Positions 25,950 to 38,935 of a stretch of DNA of 64,000 nt are shown here, one piece after another. A program made the position numbers and the translations under genes. Position 1 is the stretch's first letter, and the number at the start of each line of letters is the position of its first letter. Source of the DNA: Octopus sinensis (lineage: Eukaryota); assembly GCF_006345805.1 (NCBI RefSeq), contig NC_042999.1, positions 164,238,001 to 164,302,000 of the forward strand. The letters are read 5' to 3'. The notes under the pieces are model-generated. The model had not been told where the DNA came from. It did no database searches and worked only from the letters and a program-made list of their open reading frames with translations.

Positions 25950-26360
25950 TACTCTTTTACTCTTTTACTTGTTTCAGTCATTTGACTGCGGCCATGCTGG
26001 AGCACCGCCTTTAGTCGAGCAAATCGACCCTGGGACTTATTCTTTGTAAGCCCAGTACTTATTCTATCGGTCTCTTTTGCCGAATTGCTAAGTGACGGGG
26101 ACATAAACACACCAGCATCGGTTGTCAAGCAATGCTAGGGGGACAAACACAGACACACAAACACATACACACACACACTTATATATATAGATATATACGA
26201 CAGGCTTCTTTCAGTTTCCGTCTACCAAATCCACTCACAAGGCATTGGTCAGCCCGGGGCTATAGCAGAAGACACTTGCCCAAGATGCCATGCAGTGGAA
26301 CTGAACCCGGAACCATGTTGTTGGTTAGCAAGCTACTTACCACACAACAACTCCTGCACC
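25950..26360 (-). mobile_element. Full-length tRNA-derived SINE
   Basis: Reverse complement of the family at 21555-21945. Confidence 0.85.
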
Positions 26361-26832
26361 TATATATATATATACATATTGTACAGTTAGGACGAGGTGT
26401 TTATGTTATTGCCACATCTATTCTGGGATTTTTTCGCACGCTATACCAAACTGTTATCAGATGTGTGGAGCACAAGGTTCTGGTTAGGACATATTGTCCA
26501 ATCTGTTTTTGAATGATTGAAGATTGTGTGGGTGGCCAGAGCAGGGAAGGAAAAGATAAAGATGTTTGGTTAATTACCACCTTGTTCTTTTAGATTCACA
26601 GAAAACATTTTCCAGGGCAGCACAAAATTTTTATGACATTAAATTAGTTCAACTTTTCTTTTTGGTCTGCAGAGCCCCAAAAATTCAAGTACAAGTACTG
26701 GGGTTGATTTTTAGCAACTGTACTCTTTTCTCTATCCTCACAAATGAATGTAATTTTGCTAAAGTTAGAAATTAGTATTGTAGCTATTTTTGTTTATATG
26801 CATACACTAAATATACGTACATTTATATATAT

Positions 26833-27150
26833 GAAGGCACATGGCTTGTCATGAGGTAGTGAGTTCGAATCCTGGACCATGCAGTGTTGTGTTCTTCAGC
26901 AAGACACTTTATTTCACGTTGCTCCAGTTCACTCAGCTGTGGAAATGAGTTGCAACGTCACTGGTGCCAAACTGTATCAGCCTTTGCCTTTCCCTTGGAT
27001 AACATCAGTGGTGTAGAGGTGGGAGGCTGGTATGCATGGGCATCTGCTGATCTTCCATAAACAACCTTGACTAGATTTGTGCCACATAGGGTAACTTTCT
27101 TGGTGCAGAGCCCATGGTCATTCATGATTGAAGGGCGTCTTTACCCTAAC
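26833..27150 (+). mobile_element. tRNA-derived SINE with V/Meta-like domain
   Basis: gagttcgaatcc B-box, then gttcttcagcaagacactttatttcacgttgctccagttcactcagctg. Confidence 0.65.
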
Positions 27151-27589
27151 ATGTATTTAATAGATAAAGTCCAGTGTACAAAAATATAGTGTGGCACTAC
27201 ACAACAAAGTGAGTCAAGTGAATATAAGTCAAAATTCAGGCAGAACTCTGTAATGTTCAATAATCTAGTAGTTGTTTATGTTGCTGAACCTCCACCATCA
27301 AACCCATCAAAGTAACAAAAAATGGCCCAGAGTCAATGATGTCCAGGATCTGGTATATGTCGATAGAGATCTCTGTATGATGCTACAAAACCAATTGAAA
27401 TGATTGACATCTAAAACAGTAAGTATATTAACATTGTTTATTCATTAGTCATGCCGAACTAGATTTGGTGAGCTGCAACTAACTGAAGGAAGAAAGAGAC
27501 AAATATTGGTTCAGAAAGATGGAATTTCCAGGACACCTCAAGCATGGTCAGATAGTTTGAAACACAATTCAGTTTGCTTAGAAAGCATG

Positions 27590-27900
27590 AATAACCTTTA
27601 GATCATCTGGTTTGACTTGAAAAATGCATATGGATTTGTTCCCTACACACTAATATGCTGATTTTTCATTCCAGAGTATTTTTAAATATGTGGATCCAAG
27701 GTCTGTTACTTGCAGTTTATCACCAAACTGTTTATGACCAATTGGTTAAAGATAGGCATCATGATAGTTTCAACCATTTATCCACCTTGTTTTGTCATGG
27801 CAATTGAGATGATAATGAGAAGGGAAATAGACTACTCATTAGAAACAAAGGGCAGAAGACATGTTTTACTACTTTTGCTATGAGCTTTCTTTTCATGGAT
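27590..27900 (+). pseudogene. Highly decayed non-LTR RT fragment, Hero/NeSL-like
   Basis: IWFDLKNAYGFVPY resembles WLDLxNAYGSVPH, and GIMIVSTIYPPCFVMAIEMI resembles GIMMGCTISxxLFxxAMExI. Confidence 0.6.
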
Positions 27901-28825
27901 ACCATGTCTCTGAGAGTAGAAAAGCGCTAAGACCAAAAAGATTTACAGTCTGTCTGTAATAGAGAAGTTGGTTAAGGAATTCTAGTTTCTAACTGGAAAA
28001 CAGCAGCTCCTCACAGTGAGAGTGCTGGAAATCATAAGTAGAGATTAAGCTGTATTATATTTTTAAACAATGCTTTTTGTGTTGCTGAGATTAAGGCCAA
28101 ATTATGGCAGAGACACTCACTGTCAGTGTGAAGTGGGACTTGGTAGAATAAGTTCAAAATGGGGTGTCATTAAAAAAGCTCTTTACTAAAACTCTTTTGG
28201 CCACTCCAACAGCATGAGCTACAGCTAAGAGGAGTGAGAGTAATTAAAAGTGTACTTTCAAGTTCTCATTAAAGTGACTTGATTTCTTGCCATGTGATGT
28301 TGCTGTCTCCATCAGGAGTACATAATACAGGGCTGGCTTTAAGGTTAAATAATAACCTTCTCTGAGCCTGCTAGCTACATACCCACTTCACAAAGGCTCA
28401 CGCATCTCTTTCCCTCCTCTTAATCATACACCCATCTTCTGTGCTAAATGCTTTATTTGGGCTTTCCTCTCTAGAACAGTAGAACCCCCTTTTTGAATCC
28501 CTCCCACTTCACATTTTTCTTTGAGACAAAGCTACAAGATCTTCAGCCTGAATATCAACAGCACTGTCCTCACCAGTTCTGGGAGAATCTGCAAAGGTCA
28601 TGGACACTACCCTCCTCCTTTAATTACCTTGAAAAGAAAGAAAAAAACAGGACTAAAAATAAAAGCAAGAAAAATCTATCATTAAAAAGAATCTGCTAAT
28701 CTTTCAAAATCCTTTCTGTGTAATTCCATCCAACATGTAAGCCGTTGAATTCTAGGACCCTTAATTGCTGCCAGATCTCTCTTACTGTTACTTTTCTGAT
28801 CCCTTCTGTCTGCATGTGTGTCTGT

Positions 28826-28828
<3 letters not shown>

Positions 28829-28903
<75 letters not shown>
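28829..28903. repeat. (CT)n microsatellite
   Basis: Direct reading. Confidence 0.95.
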
Positions 28904-28906
<3 letters not shown>

Positions 28907-29475
28907 TTCTGTGTGTGTGTTTGTGTGTGTATGACAGAGAGTGAGAGAGAGAGATTACAAGACAGAGAAAGGGTGAGAGAGAGAGAGGTAGGGAGAGATT
29001 GTAGGGACTGTGGTCTTCTTTAGTCTAACTACTTTCATAGTCACCAATTTAGACTTAATACATAAAGGTCATCAGCAAAAATACTCCAATACAAGTCACC
29101 AACAATTTGAGAAGCTGTTCCTTAATATGTCAACAGACTCTAGCTTAAATTTTTTCAACAAAAGAACAGGGAGCAAAGGAACTTACACTAAACCAGAAAT
29201 CATTTAAAAGTTCTCTCTATTTTCAAATACAAAAGTAAATATATTGTATCTTTTACTTGTTTCAGTCATTAGAGTGTGGCCATGCTGGGGCACTGCCTTG
29301 GAGAATGTTTTAGCTGAACGAATTGACCCCAGTGTTTATTCGTTTTTAAGCCTGGTACTTATTCTGTCGGTCTTTTTTGCTGAACCGCTTAGTTACAGGA
29401 ATGTAAATATACCAACACCAGTTGTCAAGCAGGAGGTGGAAAGAGAGACACAAAACACACACACACATATATATA

Positions 29476-30727
29476 CAGGGTACGTAAGAAGATGTTTCAG
29501 AACAGATTTATGTTAATAAAACAAAAACAGATATATAATAACAGATAATAACTTTATTTATCAAAAGATGCTCTGAGGATAAAAATAAACCTTCTTTTCT
29601 ATAATGTTATTCAATAAAGCCACCTTCAGCTTCAACAACTGCTTCTATATGAGATCTAAATCATCTACATGCTTGAATCAAGTGGTCCTGGTTCATTTTG
29701 GACATTACTCTGACTATGGCAGCTTTTAAAGAATCTCTGGTGTTATGGGCATGTTCACTGACCTCTCTCTCAGCAATGCTCTACATGTAATGGTCCAGTG
29801 GATTGAGATCTGGGGAATTAGGAGCCCAAATGTTAGGGGTTATGTGATCATGAAAATTTTCATCTATCCGTCCCTGTGTTACTAGAGCCATGTGTGATAG
29901 TGCAAAGTCTTACTGAAACACATATGGTCTTCCATTGCATACACTGTCTATCCAGGGCTAAACAATTGTTTCCAGGACCTCAATGTAGGTGGCAGAGTTA
30001 ACTCTTTGTGGAAAGAAGTAAGGAGGCATCACGTCCTTCATTGCTGACAACCCTTAAAACCATGACAGTTGTAGGAAATTTTGTATGCATAACACTTGGA
30101 ACTTCAGAAGGGTCTGCACACAACCATCTGTTATTTCTTCTGTTAACTTTTTGATCTTAGTTGATGTTTTTCTTGTTTGAGAAAAACCAAATCAAACCTT
30201 CTGCTGGATTTTTCAGTTTGTTTAAGAACCTTTTAGATCTGATGAAGTGATTTTCTTTTGCTTTTTCTGACAAATTGACATCATATAAGTCTTATATCTG
30301 ATGTCTTTGTGGACAACATTTCTGACTGTTCCTTCTGACACATGGAGATCTTTTGCAATTGACCTCATGGACTTTCTAGGATTGTAATCAATGGTCTGTT
30401 GAACTTGCTGGATAAATTCAGGTGTTCTAATGATTTCAGAGCATTTGGAATGCTTTTTATGCTTTGATACTGGTGATACATTTCCATCTTCAGTCTCTAG
30501 CTCCTTAAAAACTTTGTAGATGAAAGATCTGGCAACTTTTAAAAATCAAGATAGTTTTAAATCGCTATGCTCAGCCTTTATAACCACAATAACAGCATGC
30601 CTCTTCATTTCTTGAGTAAGCTGAGGGTCTGCCATTATTATTTTCTGAAGCAAAGATTATAGAAAGTTAGCAAAACATACAGCAATGATCCAAAAATGGT
30701 ATGTCCTCAAATACCTTACACACCCTG
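29476..30727 (-). mobile_element. Tc1/mariner superfamily fossil (maT/DD37D-like)
   Basis: TA|CAGGGT..GTAAG ... CTTACACACCCTG|TA. Minus strand IWAPNSPDLNPLDHY motif and N-terminus MADPQLTQEMKRHAVIV near 30634. Confidence 0.8.
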
Positions 30728-30847
30728 TATATATACATATATATATAGTCAATTAAAACATGAACAAGCAAGAAAAAACAAAAACACAAGGATGTGGAAT
30801 AAGTATAGTGTTATTGGATGCTCAGGAAAAGAAAGAAAAGAAAGAGG

Positions 30848-30882
30848 ATTTCACGTTTCGAGCGGAGCTCTTCGTCAGAAAT
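30848..30882 (-). ncRNA. Minimal type I hammerhead motif with a non-cleavable GUG triplet
   Basis: ATTT CTGACGA A GAGC TCC GCTC GAAA CG TG AAAT, inside a roughly 200-bp insert (30750-30950) between TA tracts. Confidence 0.7.
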
Positions 30883-30958
30883 ACAGAAAAAGTCCAAAGA
30901 AAGGAAGACGGAGAAAGAAAATCGCCAATGATACACACGTGATCACATATTTTATATA

Positions 30959-31018
<60 letters not shown>

Positions 31019-31072
31019 TATATATATATAATATATATATAATATATATATATTATATATATATATATATAT

Positions 31073-31136
<64 letters not shown>

Positions 31137-31385
31137 ATATGTATATAATCTATAGCTATATATATATTCAATGAGCTTCTTTCAGTTTCCGTCTTCCAAA
31201 TCCATTCACAAGGCTTTGATTGGCCCTAGACTATAGTGGAAAAAAATTGCTCAAGGTGCCACTCAGTGGAACTGAACCTGGAAACATGTGGTTGGAAAGC
31301 AAGCTTCTTAGCACAGCCATGCCTGTACCTATTTCTGAATTTTTTTTTTTTTTGTAGCTTGTGTTAAATTTATTTTTGAAGACTA

Positions 31386-31446
31386 ATAGATGAATGGTTA
31401 GTGAAAGCTGTACAAGCCATGTACAGAGACGCTGCTAGTAAGGTGA
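31386..31446 (+). repeat. Isolated 61-nt exact copy of an internal RTE segment (33548-33608)
   Basis: atagatgaatggttag...ctagtaaggtga is identical at both sites. ATAG at both junctions. Confidence 0.9.
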
Positions 31447-32585
31447 TAGGATGGCAATGTTGCTCTCTCTCTTATATCTGAAAATAATATTAACACTTAA
31501 CAAACATAGAGTCAACAGATGAGATCCTGAGATGCTCAATATTGAAAACATTTAGTAGTGCTCAAATGATTTGAACTTACACTCCGATATCTTTACCACG
31601 GATTAAGTCCGTGAAGTAAAGAGTAACTATAAGAGGAATCCAGGTAAGCAGATATGGAGATAAAGATTCTACTTACCAAATTTTATTTTGTTTACTTCAC
31701 CATATCTAGAAGGTTACCAGACATTTCTTGGTTAATTAAGCACTTACTTGTTGGTTAACTAGTTGAGTAATTCTGTTTAAAATTATTATTTCAAATATAT
31801 TTAGATTATTTGTGAGAGATTTTTTTTTCATTTAGAATTATATGGGTGAAATTGAAAAAGGCATCTTACTTTTTTAATTTTCAGTTTATTTAGAATTTTC
31901 TTTTATTTCCATGTGAGAGATTATGATTATGTAAAATAGAAAAAGAAATTCAAAGTTAAATTTTTTTCAATTATTTCTCAGTGAAACTCTAATTCTTAAG
32001 TCTAACAATTATATTATTCTACACCAAAGAATGCACAATCTTGTATATTTATGTAGTAATTCTTTCATCATTTCTTAGCAAAGTATGGTGGAGGCTTTAC
32101 TTTGTTGTTGATGAAGTCAGAATAAAACTGAAACATGTGTAAAGTTGTCTCCTAACTTACTGAAAAACATTGAAAATATTATTTGTTATCTTGTTATCTT
32201 ATATTTAATTCTAGTTAGCATTTTAGTGATCCATGTCTTAAATATGTTAACACTAACTAACCTGTAACATTATAAGATCTACTCTGACTTTACCCCCAAG
32301 GTTTCCATAAGTCCCTCAGTATTCTTTGAACTTTATACTGCCACTTCATGCAATAAAACATTTATCAAACTGTTGTGGAAGGGTTCTGACCACCCACCAA
32401 GTGGCTAAAGGTGGACTGACTCATTGTCATAAAACAAGGAACTGTGGCAGTTTTTGTTGGTAGCGGCTCACAGTGAGCCTTTCATATAGAGCAGTGAGTA
32501 ACAGTAGTGCATCGTGTATATTCTTTCTTCTCCACTGTTTTGTAAATTATATAGCCAGCATACAAGGATATTAAACAAACACATA

Positions 32586-32953
32586 CTGTATTTTCCAGAC
32601 TACAAAGTGTACTTTTTTTTCCAAAATATTCTCCCCAAAACTGACCCTGCACCTTATATGCTAAAGGTCAGGCTTCGTTAGACTTAGTTTGTACTATTAA
32701 CAATGCATAATACTGATGAGAGTGGAGGTCAGTGGTGACATTTGTTTGTGTTAAGGTTAGTATTGTAAATTAACCTACCATTGAAATTTACCAAAGGGTT
32801 AGTCTAAATTTTCATGGTTCCTATACATGATAATGTATGAGAGACAGTTAGCTTGGGGATTCTGGGTTAGCCGCAGTTTTTTTTTTTTGTCTTTTTTTTT
32901 TGTAGATTAGGTCTGTGAAAATTTGGGTGTGCATTATATGCCTGAAAATACAG
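32586..32953. mobile_element. pogo/Tigger-type MITE
   Basis: TA|CTGTATTTTCCAGACTACAA ... TTATATGCCTGAAAATACAG imperfect TIRs. Confidence 0.6.
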
Positions 32954-33092
32954 GATATACATCAAATGTAAATACTCATACCCAAATACACTCCTATCAA
33001 AATATACACACATGGATATCAAGCTTTCACATGAAGCATATATACACAAAGGTGTATGCCTATTAATTATATACAAGCCTATTAATTATATA

Positions 33093-35620
33093 CAGGGAAA
33101 GCCCCAGGCCCATCAGGAATTACTGCAGAGATGCTCAAAATATCTGGTAGTGTCGGCTATAGCCTAGTCACCCGTATAGTTAACCAGGTGATACACGAAG
33201 GAGTCATTCCCAATGACTGGTGTAGCAGCATAATAGTCAGCTGCTACAAAGGTAAAGGTGACACCCTAGATACAAATAACTACAGGGGTATCAAGCTGCT
33301 GGATCAGGTAATGAAGGTTACGGAGAGGGTTATAGCCCAACTAATTAGAGAGAGAGTTAGCCTAGATCAGATGCAGTTTGGGTTCGTGCCAGGGAAAAGT
33401 ACTACTGATGCTATTTTCATGGTAAGACAGCTGCAAGAGAAATACCTAGCCAAAGACAAGCCCCTATACCTGGCTTTTGTTGATATGGAGAAAGCCTTCG
33501 ACAGGGTCCCCCGATCCCTCATCTGGTGGTCAATGAGGAAACTAGGGATAGATGAATGGTTAGTGAAAGCTGTACAAGCCATGTACAGAGACGCTGCTAG
33601 TAAGGTGAGGGTTGGCACCGAGTACAGTGAAGAATTCAGGGTAGAGGTTGGGGTCCACCAAGGTTCAGTCCTCAGTCCCCTCCTATTTATCATAGTCCTC
33701 CAGGCAATAACGGAGGAATTCAAGACAGGATGCCCCTGGGAGCTCCTCTATGCTGATGACCTTGCTCTAATTGCTCAGAACTAGAGGAGAAGTTTCAGGT
33801 ATGGAAACAAGGTTTAGAATCGAAGGGCCTTAGAATCAACCTAGCCAAAACCAAAGTCCTAATAAGTAGGAAGGTAGACCAATCACAAACGCCTTCAGGT
33901 AGATGGCCCTGCTCGATCTGTAGAAAAGGTGTAGGTAGAAACTCTATAAGATGCACCGAGTGTAAGCTATGGACACATAAGAGGTGCAGCAATGTCAAAG
34001 GAAGGCTAACTAGGAAGATGGTTTTTGTATGTGGCAGATGCTCAGGAACAATTAACACTGAAAATGCTCTGAGACCAACTTCCGTCACTTTCAGGGAGAA
34101 AAGCTAGAAGTAGTTGATAGTTTCCGTTACCTAGGTGACCAAGTCAGTAGCGGGGGTGGGTGCACTGAAAGTATAACTGCTAGAGTAAGAATAGCCTGGG
34201 CAAAGTTTAGAGAGCTCTTACCCCTGCTGGTGACAAAAGGCCTCTCGCTCAAAGTAAAAGGCAGACTGTATGATGCATGTGTACGTACAGCCATGCTACA
34301 TGGTAGTGAAACTTGGGCTGTGACTGCTGAGGATTTGCGTAAGCTCGCAAGAAATGAAGCTAGTATGCTCCGATGGATGTGTAACGTCAGTGTTCATAAT
34401 CGACAGAGTGTAAGTACCTTGAGAGAAAAGTTGAACCTAAGAAGCATCAGTTGTTGTGTGCAAGAGAGACGTATGCGCTGGTATGGTCATGTGATGAGAA
34501 TGGCTGAAGATAGTTGTGTGCGAAAGTGCCACACCCTAGCAGTTGAGGGGACTTGTGGAAGAGGTAGACCCAGGAAAACCTGGGTCGAGGCGGTGAAGCA
34601 CGACCTTCGAACTTTAGGTCTCACCAAAGAAATGACCAGTGACCAAGACCTTTGGAAGTATGCTGTGCGTGAGAAAACCCGGCAAGACCAGTGAGAACAG
34701 TCAAAATCAAAATCAAACCAAATTGAGGTCGATCAACATCAGGGCCCCCGTGCAGGTGACATGTAAAAGCACCATCCGTTCGTAGCCGTTTGCCAGCCCT
34801 GTCTGGCCCCCGTGTCGGTGGCACGTAAAAGCACCAGCCGTTTGTGTTCGTTGCCAGCCTGGCCTGGCGCCCGTGCCGGTGACATGTAAAAGCACCATCC
34901 GTTTGTGGCCGTTTGCCAGCTCTGTCTGGCCCCCGTGCCGGTGACACGTAAAAGCACCATCCGTTCGTGGCCGTTTGCCAGCCCTGTCTGGCCCCCATGT
35001 CGGTGACATGTAAAAGCACCATCCGTTCGTGGTCGTTTGCCAGCCCTGTCTGGTCCCCATGTTGGTGACATGTAAAAGCACCATCCGTTCATGTCCGTTG
35101 CCAGCCTCGCCTGGCCCCCGTGCCGGTGACACGTAAAAGCACCATCCGTTCGTGGCCGTTTGCCAGCCCTGTCTGGCCCCTGTGTCGGTGGCATGTAAAA
35201 GCACCATCCGTTCGTATCCGTTGCCAGCCTCGCCTGGCCCCCGTGCCGGTGACATGTAAAAGCACCATCCGTTTCGTGGCCGTTTGCCAGCTCTGTCTGG
35301 CCCCCGTGTTGGTGGCACGTAAAAGCACCATCCGTTCGTGGCCGTTGCCAGCCTCGCCTGGCCCCGTGCCAGTGACACGTAAAAGCACCATCCGTTCGTG
35401 GCCGTTTTCCAGCTCTGTCTGGCACCTGTGCGGGTGGCACGTAAAAAGCACCCACTACACACACGGAGTGGTTGGCGTTAGGAAGGGCATCCAGCCATAG
35501 AAACACTGCCAGATCTGACTGGGCCTGATGAAGCCTTCCAGCTTCACAGACCCCAGTTGAACCGTCCAACCCATGCTAGCATGGAGAACGGACGCTAAAT
35601 GATGATGATGATGATGATGA
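33093..35620 (+). mobile_element. 5'-truncated, young RTE LINE (RT domain with two frameshifts, long 3' UTR, (GAT)n tail)
   Basis: ORF 33131-33784 NYRGIKLL, QFGFVPGKST, FVDMEKAFDRVPR, GVHQGSVLSPLLF, LLYADDL. Cys-rich insert. ORF 34230-34694 LHGSETW...RWYGHVMRM...GRPRKTW. Confidence 0.95.
34750..35450 (+). repeat. 61-62 bp minisatellite in the RTE 3' UTR, 11 full units plus a partial
   Basis: Unit gtgccggtgacacgtaaaagcaccatccgttcgtggccgt(t)tgccagc...tggccccc with starts near 34750, 34812, 34873, 34935, 34997, 35059, 35120, 35182, 35243, 35306, 35366 and 35428. Confidence 0.95.
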
Positions 35621-35789
35621 AGCACACACAAATAGATATATAATCCTTAAACATACAGATACACACAAACTCAACTACAAGCAATTCAAACATAGACACA
35701 GATATAGATATACACACATCAAACTCATACAATAAACAAGTATCATACACACACACACACACAAAATGAATTCATACACATAATTCCCA

Positions 35790-36100
35790 CCATCAAAATA
35801 CAGGACCAGATACTGCAACAGCTTGGGTTTCAAGGGCCCACAGCTCTTCTAATATATATCCTTCCAACATGCCTGAGAAAACTGCATGGTGTAGATGTAG
35901 GTGTCTTCAAAACAAAACTGTCAAGGGTTCCAGATGAGCCTACCTCATGATAGGAAACACAGATGAGGCCAGCAGCTTCAAACTCCCTCATTCACCAAAT
36001 GCCACATATGAGAGGAAGTTTCAAATAATGAAGGTGTAACACAGCCAATGGTGATGCCCTGGCATGACTGCAGCTTTAAAGCTGAAACAAGTGAAAGAGC
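35790..36100 (+). mobile_element. CR1/L2-group LINE 3' end
   Basis: GFKGPQLF...VPDEP remnants. Tail ggtgatgccctggcatgactgcag...ctgaaacaagtgaaaga. Confidence 0.65.
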
Positions 36101-37459
36101 ATTATATAGATGGATACAGTGAATGTTCACATCAAACATACACACAAATACATGTAGAAATATATCATAAAATGGGAAGCGGAAATGATTTAATGCCCTC
36201 TTTCCATGCTAGCATGAGTTGGACAGTTCTACAGGAGTCAGCAAGGTAGAGGATTGTGCTAGTTTCTTTTGAACAGTCATAGACACAAATATGTACAAGA
36301 AAAAATATGAGTAAATAACTGAAAAATAAATACATGAATAAATAAACGAAAAAATGAAAAATTTTGGAAGATAAATATTCCCATACGTTTAAGCTCCAAA
36401 GATCAGGATATAAAAATGACGAAATTGAGAAACATTTTGAGAGGAAATGTAATTAACCACAAACCACACGCACGCATACACACACACACACACACACACA
36501 TCTGCACACACACACACACACACACACACAACATCTGCACACAGAGCTACATAAAGTAACTCATCTTACATTTTTTAGAGGAAAACATAATCTGATCCAA
36601 GCACTTGTTTCACATTTTCATGGACATGTCTGTCTGGTTACCTATCTATATCTATTAAGTGAGTTATATATATTTTATATATATATATATATATATAATA
36701 TATGATATATATATTTATATATACACATACATATAAATACACATACTACAACTACCCCATGAAATGATGAAATCTCATCATACCTTTAATTACAAATACT
36801 TTCACATCTAATTGCATTCAAATTCACATCCATATACATACATGATGTGTGTGTGTGTGTGTGTGTGTGCGTGTATGCACATATATATTTCAAAACACTC
36901 AGATGATAGTACTTACAAAACTAGTCACCTTTCTCTTGAGTTTCAAAAATCAACTAATGGTTTCGATACTCACACACACACACACACACAAAATCATCCT
37001 CATCATCATCATCCTCATCATCTTCATCCATTATTTTGTGAGAATGAGTAAAATGAAAGATATGACAGCAAAAAAAATATTTTCAAAATGTTAAGAAGCT
37101 AGCCTAGGAATTTGATTACACTAACTTCCAAAAATATCATTCCAAAAATTATCATTATGGATTTTGAATGGAATGTATGTTGACAAATTTTAAAGCTAGT
37201 TGGAGATTGTAATTTCTCTATTTATTTGGTGTAGGTGAAGATTTATGAATCAGCTGGATTTAATCTCTCCTGAGCTAAGAAAGAAAGATAAACATTTGTT
37301 AAGTCCTTTTGATGCCAACCTGCTTGAGATTGCTCCTTGCTTCTTAGATACAAACTTCCTATTTAAAGGGATCTAAATTAAAAACCTTCCATCAAATTTC
37401 AATGTTAATTTATATTCCCATCTCCAGCTTAATAATGAGAAAGTCAATTTATTAAATTC

Positions 37460-38545
37460 TTTGTTGAAGCAAGGTCTAGAATCAAAAGGCTTCAGAGTTA
37501 ATTTAGCCAAGATCAACGTCTCTGTAAGTAGGAAAACAGACACAAATCCCTTCAGGGAGATGGCTCTGCTTGATACGTAGAAAAGGTGCAAGTAGAAACT
37601 CCATAAGGTGAACCCAGTGCAAGCTATGGATGCATAAGAAGTACAGCAGTATCAGAAGTAGGTTGACAGATAAAGTAGTCTTTGTGTGAGGCAGATGTGC
37701 AGGTAAAACAAACACTAGAAATGTAGAGAAAATAGACTTGCCTAAAAGCTCAGTGGGATACTTACAAGTAATAAATAGCTTCCATTACCAAGTCAGCAGT
37801 GGAGGAGGATGCTCTGAGAGCATAACAGCCAGAAATAAGAATGGGCTAGGCAAAGTTCAGAAAGCTTCTACCTTTGTTGGTAACAAAAGGCCTCACCCTC
37901 AGAGTGAAAGGCAGATTGTATGATGCCTATGTACAATCATACAATATGGCAGTGAAACATGGGCTGTGACTGCAGAGGACATGTAAAGATTTGAAAGAAA
38001 TGAAGCCAGCATGCTTTGATAGATGTGCAATGTCAGTGTGCATCTGTGACAGTGTGTTTGAAGAGAAAAATTGGGTATAACATTTGTAGTGTGCACTGGC
38101 ATGGTCATGTGATGCATATGGATTAGGACAATTGCATAAAGATCTAACTGTTGAGGGAACCTGTGGAAGAGGTAGGCTCAGGAAGATGTGGGACAAAGTA
38201 GTGAACTATGATCTTCAGTTGTTGAGCCCCACAGAGGCATTGACAAGTGACCAAGACTTCTGGAGATTTGCTGTGCTTGAGACAAAATGTCAAGCTAAGT
38301 GAATCGTGGTTACTGCCTGTGCCAGTGGCACATAAAAGCTATCCGTACAGGTGGCACATAAAAAACACCCAGTACTTTTTGTAAAGTGGCTGGCATTAGG
38401 AAGGGCATCCAGCTGTAGGAACCAAGCCAAAATGGATGACTAAAGCCTGGTGCAGCTCTCCAGCTTACCAGTCCCAATGAAACCATCTAACCCATGCTAG
38501 CATGAAAAACGGATGCTAAAGGATGATGATGATGATGATGATGAA
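37460..38545 (+). mobile_element. Older degraded RTE copy, apparently nested in a piggyBac-type MITE
   Basis: Colinear with 33800-34690 plus tail and (GAT)n. Flanked by ccttttgatgccaacc (37305) and ggtggtaataaaagg (38577). Confidence 0.8.
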
Positions 38546-38877
38546 GAAGAAGAAGATAGTGTATTTAAACAGAAAGGTGGTAATAAAAGGATTGAGACTT
38601 TGACAAAATGAAAAAATAGAGCAATTAATTGAGGCCTAACTTGAGAAATAGAAGACATGTATAAAGTTTCAAAGACATGTTACATGACATCACAAAAGAG
38701 ACAGCAGTTGATTATGGTCTCACTTGAATGAAAACAAAGATAAATTGGACAGATTAATTTTCAGAAACTTTACCCTCATAACTTTCTGATTTTCAAAATA
38801 CATTTCAAAAGATCATTATTTGTACCCAGATATCATATCTAACACGCATATATATAATATATATATATATATATATG

Positions 38878-38935
<58 letters not shown>

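Noticed and set aside
34750-35450. CRISPR-like array and long repetitive ORFs (249 and 276 aa)
   Set aside because: Units are repeated over their whole length with no unique spacers, there are no cas genes, and the array lies in a LINE 3' UTR. The ORFs are by-products of the repeat.
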